Part shown: positions 28,303-37,267 of the stretch, in pieces | Numbering within the stretch: the stretch's first letter is position 1 | Layout of the letters: every line of letters starts with the position of its first letter | NCBI GenBank assembly: GCA_963741095.1 | Contig: CAVUGN010000005.1 | Coordinates: 96,001 to 160,000 of the forward strand | Length of the DNA stretch: 64,000 nucleotides | Direction of reading: 5' to 3' | Source: an uncultured Candidatus Micrarchaeota archaeon | Lineage (GTDB): Archaea > Micrarchaeota > Micrarchaeia > Micrarchaeales > Micrarchaeaceae | Translations under genes and position numbers: made by a program | The notes under the pieces: generated by a model | Database searches by the model: none | What the model was told of the DNA's origin: nothing | The model's input: only the letters and a program-made list of their open reading frames with translations

Positions 28303-28334
28303 AGTGATCTGATAATCAAACTTGGGCGAAAAAA

Positions 28335-28616
28335 ATGAGAGCTGATCTGCTTGTTGGGGGCCTGTTCCTACTGGTCGTAGGCATAGTCCTTGATGTAACG
28401 CTGATAGGGGCAATCCTGGGGTTGCCGATAGGCGCCATTGGCGTTGTAATGATGATTGCAGGGTTTTTCATGGGCGGGGGCGGCGGCAAAGGCCAAACGA
28501 AAGGGCAGCAGAGCTCCGATGAAAAGCAGAGGCGCTACCAGCGCTATCAGGCAGAACAGTACAACAGGCATAGGCGGCAGATAGAATCGCAGGAGAGATC
28601 AAAGAAAAAACAGTAG
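28335..28616 (+). CDS. Small hairpin membrane protein (paralog 2) with charged tail
   Basis: MRADLLVGGLFLLVVGIVLD...GFF, paralogous to the previous ORF. Confidence 0.7.
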   Translation: MRADLLVGGLFLLVVGIVLDVTLIGAILGLPIGAIGVVMMIAGFFMGGGGGKGQTKGQQSSDEKQRRYQRYQAEQYNRHRRQIESQERSKKKQ

Positions 28617-28652
28617 AACTCCTTGGCGCGATCGCGCTTTACGAGTGATTGG

Positions 28653-28880
28653 ATGGAACAAACAAAAAATGAGAAGATGGAAGGCAAGATGAAGATGTGG
28701 AAGATGCAGAAGGAGATGCTCAACTCCATGGGCGACAAGGAACTCCGTGCGTTCATCACGGGCTACATGATGGCCGAATCGAAGATACTGAAGGCGATGA
28801 ACTCAGAGTGCGGCTGCGGCTGTGGTTGCGGACAGGAGTGCAATTGCGAGGACGGTTCTTGCAAGTGCGATGAGAAATGA
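28653..28880 (+). CDS. Small protein with a metallothionein-like Cys-rich C-terminus
   Basis: ECGCGCGCGQECNCEDGSCKCDEK; Met-rich N-terminus. Confidence 0.6.
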   Translation: MEQTKNEKMEGKMKMWKMQKEMLNSMGDKELRAFITGYMMAESKILKAMNSECGCGCGCGQECNCEDGSCKCDEK

Positions 28881-29008
28881 GCAACATGCTCGTTTCCATA
28901 TCCTAGATCCTTACTGAGCGATCCTTTTTCGACAGTTTCCTACATCTTTTTAACTCTGTTTATTACCCGCACCGATACCCTTAATAAATTTGGTTATTAG
29001 GTATTACC

Positions 29009-29410
29009 ATGTCACTGGTGCAAGAGTTCAAGGACTTCATAATGAAGGGAGACGTCATAGACCTTGCGGTTGCAGTGGTGGTGGGGCTCGCCTTCAACAC
29101 CGTCGTGACTGCATTCGTAACCGACATAGTAACTCCATTGATAGGAATTCCCGGTCATGTGAATTTCGCGACATTGACCTACACGATCAACGGCAGTACA
29201 ATCCTGTTTGGCACGTTCGTCAATGCGGTGATAAACTTCATCACGATAGCGCTTGTTGTCTTCTTCTTCATAATAAAGCCGATGTCGAAGATAAAAGAGA
29301 AGACTACGAAGAAGGTAACTCTATCTCCAACAACGAAGCAGTGCCCCGAATGCCTGTCCGTCATACCGATAGGGGCGAAACGCTGCGCCTTCTGCACCTC
29401 CAAATTATGA
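29009..29410 (+). CDS. mscL: Large-conductance mechanosensitive channel with C-terminal zinc ribbon
   Basis: EFKDFIMKGDVIDLAVAVVVG...FVNAVINFITIA; CPEC...CAFC tail. Confidence 0.93.
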   Translation: MSLVQEFKDFIMKGDVIDLAVAVVVGLAFNTVVTAFVTDIVTPLIGIPGHVNFATLTYTINGSTILFGTFVNAVINFITIALVVFFFIIKPMSKIKEKTTKKVTLSPTTKQCPECLSVIPIGAKRCAFCTSKL

Positions 29411-29445
29411 TCCGACAATATCCGTATGGCATCCTTTCAGAGGTA

Positions 29446-29733
29446 TCATTTCGCCTTAGGAACAGCAAATTCTACTTCGAGCTCCGTTGCCAGCTCTATC
29501 GCCCGTTTGCCTTTTTCCGTTGTCCTGTAAGCTATCGTCCGTCTTCCCGTCTTCGATCTGCTCACCACCTCCTCTATGACCTTTACCTCGATGAGCCCGT
29601 CAAGCCTCTTGGAGACCGTCGCCGAACTCAGTCTGCCCTTTCCGACCTGTATCTTTGTAAAATCATTGAAAGATTTGGGTTCGTTGCCATCGGCCATTAG
29701 CAACATCTCCAAAACTCCCCTTACCATTAGCAT
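29446..29733 (-). CDS. Winged-helix (HxlR-like) regulator, paralog 1
   Basis: PKSFNDF...LSSATVSKRLDGLIEVKVIE...AYRTTEKG. Confidence 0.85.
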   Translation of the reverse strand: MLMVRGVLEMLLMADGNEPKSFNDFTKIQVGKGRLSSATVSKRLDGLIEVKVIEEVVSRSKTGRRTIAYRTTEKGKRAIELATELEVEFAVPKAK

Positions 29734-29771
29734 TCGATTACCTCATAATACATTGAACAAGCAGATATATA

Positions 29772-29792
29772 ATACTTTAGTTTGTAAAGTAT
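29772..29792. promoter_or_regulatory. Palindromic operator candidate ATACTTTA-N5-TAAAGTAT
   Basis: Perfect 8-bp inverted repeat next to a TATA-like box; degenerate copy at 30282-30302. Confidence 0.55.
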
Positions 29793-29929
29793 ATTCTAAT
29801 ATACTAAATAATACATCATTTACTCAAAGAAATCGCCCGTGGACATAAAATAAAAAAGCAGAACAAATGTTAAAAAGACGCACACCCTCTAATCGCAGCA
29901 GGCATTCCTCATGCCTCATACTCTGGATA

Positions 29930-30229
29930 TTATTTCGCCTTCGATATAACGAACAGCTCATGGAGTTCTGCCGCCAGCTTCACGGCCTTTCTGCCTTTTT
30001 CTGTTGCCCTGTACGCTATTATCCTCCTTCCTACCTTCGACCTGGTTATCACCTCCTCTATGACCTTAGCCGCGATAAGCCTGTCAAGCCTCTTTGCAAC
30101 CGTCGCCGAACTCAGTCTGCTCTTCTCGACCTGGATGCCCGTAAAATCATTGAAAGATCTTGGCTCGCCGCCGCTAGCCATCTGCAGAATCTCAATGAAC
30201 CCTCTCTTTATTACCATGTGATCATTCAA
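29930..30229 (-). CDS. Winged-helix (HxlR-like) regulator, paralog 2
   Basis: PRSFNDF...LSSATVAKRLDRLIAAKVIE...AYRATEKG. Confidence 0.85.
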   Translation of the reverse strand: MNDHMVIKRGFIEILQMASGGEPRSFNDFTGIQVEKSRLSSATVAKRLDRLIAAKVIEEVITRSKVGRRIIAYRATEKGRKAVKLAAELHELFVISKAK

Positions 30230-30402
30230 ACTTATTGAAGTAATACTATAAATATCTTAACATTGGAGGGCTTTTTATATAATACTTTAGTTTCTAAATT
30301 ATACTCTCTAATGAGTAACTTTCAACAGAAATGAAGTATCATGCAAAATAGCAAAGTTATATATACCCTAATAAACTATAATTTAGTACAAGGGGTGTGA
30401 AC

Positions 30403-30873
30403 ATGGCAAAGAACGAAATATACGAGATATCTCATTTCGAGATCCCTGCACGGGATCCGGACAGGTTAAGGAAATTCTACGCCGATGTGTTCGGCTGGAA
30501 GTTCAAGAATTCCGCGGCGCAGAATATGCAGTACTGGAACATAAGCACCGGGACAAAGCATATCCCTGGAGTGAACGGCGGGTTGTACAAGAAGGGAAGT
30601 GAAAACGAGACTCCCGTGAACTACATCAGCACGCCAGACATATACCAGACCATACGGGAGATCAAGAAAGCGGGAGGCAAGATAACCGTGGACGTCAGAA
30701 AAACATTGAAGCACGGCTATACCACAGTGGGCACGGATCCGGAAGGCAATCCGATAGGTCTGTTCGAATCCATGAACAGGGGCTTCCTCAGGGAGAGGGG
30801 CAAGCAGAGCCAGAGCGGAGCGAACAGGGTAAAGTCCAGCCACAGGCACAACATGATGGCGGACAGCAAATAA
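30403..30873 (+). CDS. VOC/glyoxalase family protein
   Basis: ISHFEIPARDPDRLRKFYADVFGWKF...NGGL...DPEGNPIGL. Confidence 0.9.
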   Translation: MAKNEIYEISHFEIPARDPDRLRKFYADVFGWKFKNSAAQNMQYWNISTGTKHIPGVNGGLYKKGSENETPVNYISTPDIYQTIREIKKAGGKITVDVRKTLKHGYTTVGTDPEGNPIGLFESMNRGFLRERGKQSQSGANRVKSSHRHNMMADSK

Positions 30874-30888
30874 TATTGATGGGATAAC

Positions 30889-31161
30889 ATGGCTAACCAA
30901 ATAAAGGCAGGGCATGGAATAGGGCTATTGGCAACTATCGTTTTGATTGCGCTGATAGTGCTCTTCGTGTTACCGCTCAGCGGTGGCATACTGTACGCGC
31001 TGTTGGTCAACACCGTGGTCGGATTGATAGTAATCTTCCTGGTGAACGCGGTCTTCGGATTGGGCATAAAGTACGATCTGCTCGTGCTTATCTTTGTTGC
31101 CGTGTTCGGGCTGCTTGCAGTGGCAATATTGATAATATTGAACCTGCTGGGCGTGGTGTGA
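30889..31161 (+). CDS. BofA-like membrane protein, paralog 1
   Basis: LLVNTVVGLIVIFLVN...AVFGLLAV pattern. Confidence 0.65.
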   Translation: MANQIKAGHGIGLLATIVLIALIVLFVLPLSGGILYALLVNTVVGLIVIFLVNAVFGLGIKYDLLVLIFVAVFGLLAVAILIILNLLGVV

Positions 31162-31165
31162 TACT

Positions 31166-31441
31166 ATGTTGCTGGCTATAACTTTAGGAGCTATCGAATC
31201 GGAAGTAGTGGTTATAGCCGCAATCTTAGTCGTGCTGTACATAATACTGAAATTCGGCGGAATATTGATCGGCCTCGTACTGAACAGCGTACTGGGCCTG
31301 ATCGCCATATACCTGGTCAACGTCATCTTCAACCTGGGCATAATCTTCAACCTGCTCACGCTGATCGTTGTCGCGATATTCGGCTTGCCGGCAGTTGGCG
31401 TCATAATAATCCTGAAATTGATCGGGATAACGGTACCATGA
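31166..31441 (+). CDS. BofA-like membrane protein, paralog 2
   Basis: LVLNSVLGLIAIYLVN...AIFGLPAV pattern. Confidence 0.7.
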   Translation: MLLAITLGAIESEVVVIAAILVVLYIILKFGGILIGLVLNSVLGLIAIYLVNVIFNLGIIFNLLTLIVVAIFGLPAVGVIIILKLIGITVP

Positions 31442-31463
31442 TTCATGTTTAATCGGTGAAACA

Positions 31464-32084
31464 ATGAGCGAACAAGGAAACAGGGAAAAAGTGTACACCG
31501 TTTCGGCAAGACTGGTGTTCTCCACCATAATAGTGTTGTTGGTAGTGGCGCTGGTGCTGGGCGCATCGATTGTGATCAACAAAGGGCCGATAATCCCATT
31601 GCTGGGCATAATACCGATGGGCAACGCAGGCACTGCAACCACGACCATCCCTAACTCGGGCACTAACCCGAACGGGTCACCCATAGTCGTAGAGGCCACA
31701 TGCTCGGCAACCTCTACCTCTTATCTGTGCCAATACCCGTACTTCAATTACACCACTGGCGTATACACGGTCGCGCTAAGCCAAAAATCCGGATTCAACT
31801 GGACTCTGGTTAGCGTGGACTTCGTTCCGTCGAATGCAGTCTACTCGCACGGCGTGCCGGAGCTTTCGTGGTTCGCGTCTAGGAACACGGTCAACGTAAC
31901 GGGCGGATTGCCGTCGAACGTCACCAAGTACGTCAACATACCGATAACCTCTGGGCCGGTGGCCGTAGGCACAAATATAACGGGATCGATCTGGGCCAAG
32001 TACCAGCTGCAGTTAGGTGGTGACCAAGAGCCTGTCTTTGCGAACATATCCACGGCATCCATTGTCGTAAAGCGGGGTGGATAA
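31464..32084 (+). CDS. Membrane-anchored surface protein with a pilin-like globular domain
   Basis: TM anchor; C-x6-YLC and GSIWAKY resemble C-x6-FFC and GTLWMQY of the pilin-Hint proteins. Confidence 0.6.
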   Translation: MSEQGNREKVYTVSARLVFSTIIVLLVVALVLGASIVINKGPIIPLLGIIPMGNAGTATTTIPNSGTNPNGSPIVVEATCSATSTSYLCQYPYFNYTTGVYTVALSQKSGFNWTLVSVDFVPSNAVYSHGVPELSWFASRNTVNVTGGLPSNVTKYVNIPITSGPVAVGTNITGSIWAKYQLQLGGDQEPVFANISTASIVVKRGG

Positions 32085-32116
32085 AGCCCTCGGTCTTTAA
32101 TGGTTAAGTGATAAAA

Positions 32117-32251
32117 ATGGCAAAAAAAAGCAGAGGAGGCAGAATGGAAGCAGCCAAGAAGCGCGCTGCAAAATACGGGAAGGGCTCGAAGAAGTTGCAT
32201 CCCCGCATGGTCAAGAACCGACCCGAGGGAAAACACATAATGAAGACTTAG
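32117..32251 (+). CDS. Small highly basic protein (44 aa)
   Basis: MAKKSRGGRMEAAKKRAAKYGKGSKKLHPRMVKNRPEGKHIMKT*; AAGTGA upstream. Not in the ORF track. Confidence 0.55.
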   Translation: MAKKSRGGRMEAAKKRAAKYGKGSKKLHPRMVKNRPEGKHIMKT

Positions 32252-32438
32252 TACGTATGGAATCCGGGCTGCGGTAATCCACCATCGCCGCAGCACAGGT
32301 TCAATATTCCGTGCAGCCGTATTTATAAACAAATCAGATCAGGTGGCACTCTGAAAAATAAGCGACGCTTTCCAATTTATGGGGGTGCGATGCCTACGAA
32401 TTTAAATATCCGGCATCAAAAGTAAAATAAGCGATAAA

Positions 32439-33185
32439 ATGGAAGCCGCAGTAAACAAAAGTCAAGATCCCGCGGTGGCAAATGCGGCACCACTGCAAAA
32501 ACTGCCGTTCCAGCTGCAGGACGGGGAAAAAATCATCAGGGAGCTCAAACCCCAATTCCTTGGCTTCATGATATCAAGGGAATTTGGTGGTTATATGGCC
32601 CTGCTGGCGCTTGTCATCCTTGCAATCGCCGTTGGCATCATACTGCTGAGCGGCGTGCTCATGGGCTTCCTGAGCTCCGTATTGCTGATCGAGATAAACG
32701 AGAGCTTTGTGATCGGGCTGGCCATCATACCAATCACACTGTTCGTGATAATCTCAATAAAACCATTCATTTCATACGGCAAATCATGGTACTGGATCAC
32801 AAACAACAGGGTTATAGGAAAGAGGGGGTTCTTGGGTTACAGCATAGACTCAATACCCCTAGAGAATGTGAGCGACGTGGTGCTGTCAAGGACGGTACTG
32901 GACAGGCTGCTCGGCCTATCCTCTTTGATAATCGTCCCTATGGCTACTAGTTCAAGAGTGAATGGTGGCCCAGATGAAAGCGCCGAAAACCCCAACTTCT
33001 TCCCGGCATTGCCGCAGAAAATGGCCATGGAGCTGCAGAGAGTGCTATTCAACCTGAGAGACGAGCTAAGAAAGTCCCATGATAGCGCATCCGCCAGCAG
33101 CGGATCTACCCGCACTTCGATGCCCAAGCCCACGAGTTCAGAGCCCGCCCAACCCAAGAGCAATTCCCCAAGGGGGGTGCAATAA
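32439..33185 (+). CDS. Membrane-flanked bacterial-type PH domain protein
   Basis: Two TMs then YWITNNRVIGKRGFLG...IPLENVSDV...LDRLLG. Confidence 0.85.
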   Translation: MEAAVNKSQDPAVANAAPLQKLPFQLQDGEKIIRELKPQFLGFMISREFGGYMALLALVILAIAVGIILLSGVLMGFLSSVLLIEINESFVIGLAIIPITLFVIISIKPFISYGKSWYWITNNRVIGKRGFLGYSIDSIPLENVSDVVLSRTVLDRLLGLSSLIIVPMATSSRVNGGPDESAENPNFFPALPQKMAMELQRVLFNLRDELRKSHDSASASSGSTRTSMPKPTSSEPAQPKSNSPRGVQ

Positions 33186-33258
33186 CCGAAATGAAGACGT
33201 CAAAACGACCGCATGATAGCATTTATATGCATTTGTTGTCCAATTCTATTGTGATACC

Positions 33259-33588
33259 ATGGAAAACAATCAGAATCAGCTCAACATCAACCTTTCACAA
33301 TCCAAGATAAAGCCGATATTTGCAGACGAGGTGGCGATAGCGCTCAGGATAAAGGCCTACAAGAACGAGAAGGGCAAGGTGGAGAAGGAGGCGCACTTCA
33401 GCCTGATATTCATAGACATGATGAAGCAGCAGCCCATCGGCGAGTTCGTGATAAACAGGACCACGGCCAAGGCCTTCGCCCAGATCCTGGCGCAGAACAT
33501 AGCTGAACTGGACAAGCAGCTGGCGAACAAGGACATGCCCAAGCCGCCGGAAGTGAAGACGACCGGGGACCAGACCTCGTACAGGTAA
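33259..33588 (+). CDS. DUF3467-like small protein
   Basis: PIFADEV...FSLIFID...TAKAFAQILAQNI; TATA 30 nt upstream with GTGA before ATG. Confidence 0.65.
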   Translation: MENNQNQLNINLSQSKIKPIFADEVAIALRIKAYKNEKGKVEKEAHFSLIFIDMMKQQPIGEFVINRTTAKAFAQILAQNIAELDKQLANKDMPKPPEVKTTGDQTSYR

Positions 33589-33819
33589 AAGGACTTAGAC
33601 AAGTGTCAAACCCCGCAAAAATGCGTATATATCTTCCATTCGTTATAGTATTGAAGGACAAGTAAGTTGGCTGAAAAACAGGAGGTTAAGTTTGCTTGCC
33701 TTCCCTGGTGCGTGCTTTCATGCACCCTTCCGTTCCGGCCCGAAATGTTCTACTTCTTCAACATCGAACGGCAACACAGCCTTTAATATACCCTGCAAAT
33801 AATCCTAAGCGTGCATCCA

Positions 33820-34605
33820 ATGATGAAGTTCGACAGGACAACGAGGCTGAACATAAAGAGCCGGAGCACGCTGTCCGCCGGCTACCTGAACGGCAGGAAG
33901 TTCTTCATCAAAGAATACTCGATAAGGAAGGGCAAGGAAAAAGGCGACCTGCTGAAAGTGAGGTGCGAACAGTTGTGCTACCGCAATCTTGGCACCTCCC
34001 TGAACCTTCCAAGGCTGGCCGAAGCGGATTACAAGAACCGACGCCTCATCCTTGATTTCGTGAAGTTCAGGAACGCGGACGTGTCAAAGAAGACGATAGA
34101 CGACATCATCGGCTTCCAATCCAGGGTCATGAAGCACGTCGACGCATCATTCCTTCCGACTGTCACCTACGCCTATTACGAGACAACGCTCCGCCAGCTT
34201 GCCGCAGAACTGGGGGACAAGGAAATAACAAAACTATCGAAGAACATGTTCAGGCAATTCGAGAAAAACAGGCAGACCATCTCGGAGGCGGAAAAACACT
34301 TCTCGCACGGGGACATGCGCCTCGAAAACGTGAAATACCTGGGCAAAAAGCTGACCGTGATAGACCTGGAGCATTCGCGAAAGGACAACATGATGACTGA
34401 CTTGGCATGCCTGTACGTGGATCTCTACGGGAACAAAAAACTGTCCGATTACCTGATGGGCAGGATCACAGCGATAAAGGAGTTCGACAGGAACCTCTTC
34501 GAGCTCATGCTGCTCAGGAGGTGCATCGAAGTGCTCCACGCCCTGAAGGACAACAAGGATTCCCGCGCCTACAGAATGGCAAAAAGATTGATGATCATCA
34601 TTTAG
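33820..34605 (+). CDS. Aminoglycoside-phosphotransferase-like (APH/choline kinase fold) kinase
   Basis: FFIKEY, FSHGDMRLEN, VIDLE and DLA motifs. Confidence 0.85.
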   Translation: MMKFDRTTRLNIKSRSTLSAGYLNGRKFFIKEYSIRKGKEKGDLLKVRCEQLCYRNLGTSLNLPRLAEADYKNRRLILDFVKFRNADVSKKTIDDIIGFQSRVMKHVDASFLPTVTYAYYETTLRQLAAELGDKEITKLSKNMFRQFEKNRQTISEAEKHFSHGDMRLENVKYLGKKLTVIDLEHSRKDNMMTDLACLYVDLYGNKKLSDYLMGRITAIKEFDRNLFELMLLRRCIEVLHALKDNKDSRAYRMAKRLMIII

Positions 34606-34712
34606 TGCAAGAGAACGAGAAAAAGTTCGCGTCAAATAAGGTGCTCCTATCGTTCTAGCGTGAAGATTTACCTGTGCCTGAAGAATATTATTTAATACCA
34701 AATAATAAGTAT

Positions 34713-35123
34713 TCAGTTGAACTTATTTCTTTGCGACCATGCGTATATTGCGAAAATAATGACGATTGCTGTCCCTAGGATTATGGCAAAGACCTGCTTG
34801 AAAGAGTTGGTCGGATAAAAACCCGTTAGGATAAGAAGAATTCGCCCGAGAACATCGATGCCAAGAAGTATCATGGCAAGCACTAATTCTCGCTTCTTCA
34901 TTGTCAGAATGAGCAATCCACTGACCACGTAAGAAACGCCGATTGTGACAGATGCATAAGTGGCCACCGCCGTGGTGCTGGTAGAAACTACACTCAAAAA
35001 GTTTCCTGTGAATCCCGTTGTGATCTCAGCAAGACCAAAGAGGATCATAAGCACTGCGACTATTGTAATTCCCTTATGGCGTATCCTATTTTTCGCGTTC
35101 TCACTTGAGATACTCGTAAACAT
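34713..35123 (-). CDS. Four-TM membrane protein
   Basis: Four hydrophobic segments; start uncertain and overlaps the toxin gene end. Confidence 0.6.
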   Translation of the reverse strand: MFTSISSENAKNRIRHKGITIVAVLMILFGLAEITTGFTGNFLSVVSTSTTAVATYASVTIGVSYVVSGLLILTMKKRELVLAMILLGIDVLGRILLILTGFYPTNSFKQVFAIILGTAIVIIFAIYAWSQRNKFN

Positions 35124-35355
35124 CTTCACGACTTTTAAACATGAGTAATAGAAGTTTGTCTTCTTTTTCCATAATCTGGTAAACAAGACGTTTGTTTTCG
35201 ATACGGATAGAGAACACCTCTTTTAGATGGTGCAGTTGTTTCCCTTTTTTGCCAGAATGCGCAATCTCCGATATTATTTCACCAAGTCTCTGTTTTTCCT
35301 TAGCGGTGAGCTTTTTTATATCCTTGTCAAATTCGCCGGTCTTTTCTACGTCCAT
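35101..35355 (-). CDS. RelE/ParE-family toxin
   Basis: EFDKDIKKL...GKQLHHLKEVFSIRIENKRLVYQI...SREDVY. Confidence 0.88.
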   Translation of the reverse strand: MDVEKTGEFDKDIKKLTAKEKQRLGEIISEIAHSGKKGKQLHHLKEVFSIRIENKRLVYQIMEKEDKLLLLMFKSREDVYEYLK

Positions 35356-35359
35356 GCAC

Positions 35360-35596
35360 TCAGGCGTATTGTTTTAGGATGTATTTGCTAGTCTTTTCCC
35401 TTCCAGAACGAATTTCACTTAACATTTTCTGTGTCGCCTTCTCGTAAAGTTCATCTTCGGTGAGTTTGTGAATTTGGTCGAACTCGAAAAGGGCAAGCCG
35501 TATCGCCTCTGTCTTGGTTTTGGCATAGCCATCCGCAAGCATTTTTTCTATCACTTCTGAAACGTAACCGCTCAGTTCTATGTTTATGTTACTCAC
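35360..35596 (-). CDS. Ribbon-helix-helix antitoxin
   Basis: INIELSGYVSEVIEKMLADGYAKTKTEAIRLAL; directly upstream of the toxin. Confidence 0.85.
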   Translation of the reverse strand: MSNINIELSGYVSEVIEKMLADGYAKTKTEAIRLALFEFDQIHKLTEDELYEKATQKMLSEIRSGREKTSKYILKQYA

Positions 35597-35643
35597 GATA
35601 TCACTTATAAGAATATTATAATGAAATATTATAAATATCTTTC

Positions 35644-35718
35644 TGCTCCCATCGGGATTTGAACCCGAGTTTTAAGGTTGAAAGCCTCATATCCTTGGCC
35701 AGGCTAGATGATGGGAGC
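35644..35718 (-). tRNA. tRNA-Glu(TTC)
   Basis: GCTCCCA/TGGGAGC-A acceptor, TGAGG-CTTTCAA-CCTTA anticodon arm, GGTTCAAATCC. Confidence 0.95.
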
Positions 35719-35725
35719 CATTTGT

Positions 35726-36181
35726 TCAGAGCCATACGTTGTTGCAAAGCATTATTCCGTAGGTCGCGTAATTCACCATGTCCATTATGGTGTCTTCGAC
35801 CTTCTCATCCAAGACCAGCGCGGTGTTGCCCTCCTTGAGCAGGTTGACCGCCCTTGAGATCTTGTCGTTCAGCCGCACTATCAGGCCGACGACGCCGTAC
35901 TTGAGTATGTTGACCGAGCCGTAGTCCCTGTTCTTGGCTATGCCTATCTTGTATGAGGCGTCCAGCACGTCCTTGACCTCGTGCTTGTACCTGGTGCTCA
36001 GCAGCGAGAGGGCGCCGTTCCTGACACCGTAGAAGACCGCCGCGTTGTCCTTCGCGGGCTTGGTCCCGGCCATTATCTCCTTGAAGTACTTCTGCAGTGC
36101 GGCCTCTGCCTCCGCCAGCGTGTAGCCGTCCTTCGCGTCGACGCCGTCGTACAGAAACCTCTTGAAATTCTCGTCCCACAT
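35726..36181 (-). CDS. DUF1599-like nucleotide-modification-associated domain protein
   Basis: AKNRDYG...VRLNDKISR...DEKVEDTIMDMVNYA motif. Confidence 0.8.
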   Translation of the reverse strand: MWDENFKRFLYDGVDAKDGYTLAEAEAALQKYFKEIMAGTKPAKDNAAVFYGVRNGALSLLSTRYKHEVKDVLDASYKIGIAKNRDYGSVNILKYGVVGLIVRLNDKISRAVNLLKEGNTALVLDEKVEDTIMDMVNYATYGIMLCNNVWL

Positions 36182-36244
36182 GCTACCGATTATCTCTTAG
36201 GCAGAAAGGTATAAAGTGCTTGTTGTAAAAGTTTCTGTGATAAC

Positions 36245-36784
36245 ATGATACTATCTGACGTCGACCTGATGGATGCGATCAAGAACAAGCGATTGGTGCT
36301 CACGCCCTTCTCCGCTGACACGGTACGGGAGAACGGGATAGACCTCAGGCTGGCCGATGAGATAGCCAGGCACGACGGGACAGGCAAGGATTTCGTGATG
36401 GACCCGACCGACGACAGCAGCATAACAAAGTGCTACAGGATAGAGAAGAATCTTGGCACGATGGTGCTGAAGCCCGGGGAGCACGTCCTGCTTTCGACGC
36501 ACGAGTACATGGAGATGCCTGACGATCTTGTTGGATTCATAGAATTGAGGAGCACTTGGGCGAGGCACGGGCTGTCACTGCCGCCCACGATCATAGACGC
36601 CGGCTTCAAGGGCACGGTCACGCTTGCAGTCTCCAACAACGCCTCTTACAGCATTGCGCTGAAGCCGCAGCAGAGGTTCGCCCACATTGTCTTCGTGAAG
36701 ACGAGCAGCAAGGTCAAGAAGCCTTATGCCGGAGGGTACTTCGAACAGAGAGGGATCAAGATACCGAAGGCAGTGAAGGGCTGA
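36245..36784 (+). CDS. dcd: dCTP deaminase
   Basis: MILSD, GIDLRL, LRSTWARHGL, IDAGFKGTVTL, Y-x-G-x-Y-x-x-Q-x-G motifs. Confidence 0.92.
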   Translation: MILSDVDLMDAIKNKRLVLTPFSADTVRENGIDLRLADEIARHDGTGKDFVMDPTDDSSITKCYRIEKNLGTMVLKPGEHVLLSTHEYMEMPDDLVGFIELRSTWARHGLSLPPTIIDAGFKGTVTLAVSNNASYSIALKPQQRFAHIVFVKTSSKVKKPYAGGYFEQRGIKIPKAVKG

Positions 36785-36786
36785 TC

Positions 36787-37233
36787 TTACAAGAGAGAAG
36801 CCTCTTTTGCCTCCTTTTCCGCCATTCCCAGGACCTTTGCGCCCTCATCAAGCTGGTTGTTGTTGAGGAGATCGACAGCCGCAGCCGCGAACTCCTTGGC
36901 CGCGCTGGAACCGAGCGCTTTCACCTCCTTATTGGCGTGTCCCAGCTCCTTGGCGATTCTGGCGGCGCGCATGAAGGCGAGCGCGGCCTGATGATCAAGA
37001 CCTTTTGCCATCCTGTCAGCAGCGTATTCTGTATCATGAGTTAGTATCTTTTCGGCGATTTGCCTGGCCAGCTCGCCGTCCTTTGGGCTCAGCTTGGGGT
37101 CTTTTGAGGTACCGGAGGTCTCCGTGAGCCTCACAGTCTCCCTTATGACGTCAAGGGGCACGCCGCGAAGCATCTCGTTGAGGAAGGACATGTCTCCCCT
37201 GCTCCCGGTCACGATTGATTTCTCATTGAGCAT
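36787..37233 (-). CDS. Hypothetical alpha-helical protein
   Basis: 148-aa ORF with genome-typical codon usage; TATA-like AAATAT upstream. Confidence 0.65.
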   Translation of the reverse strand: MLNEKSIVTGSRGDMSFLNEMLRGVPLDVIRETVRLTETSGTSKDPKLSPKDGELARQIAEKILTHDTEYAADRMAKGLDHQAALAFMRAARIAKELGHANKEVKALGSSAAKEFAAAAVDLLNNNQLDEGAKVLGMAEKEAKEASLL

Positions 37234-37267
37234 GATCTCATCAGATTACGCTCAGATTAAGAGATAT

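Noticed and set aside
29009-29410. MscL with a zinc-ribbon tail as a novelty
   Set aside because: This fusion is a known, fairly common MscL variant.
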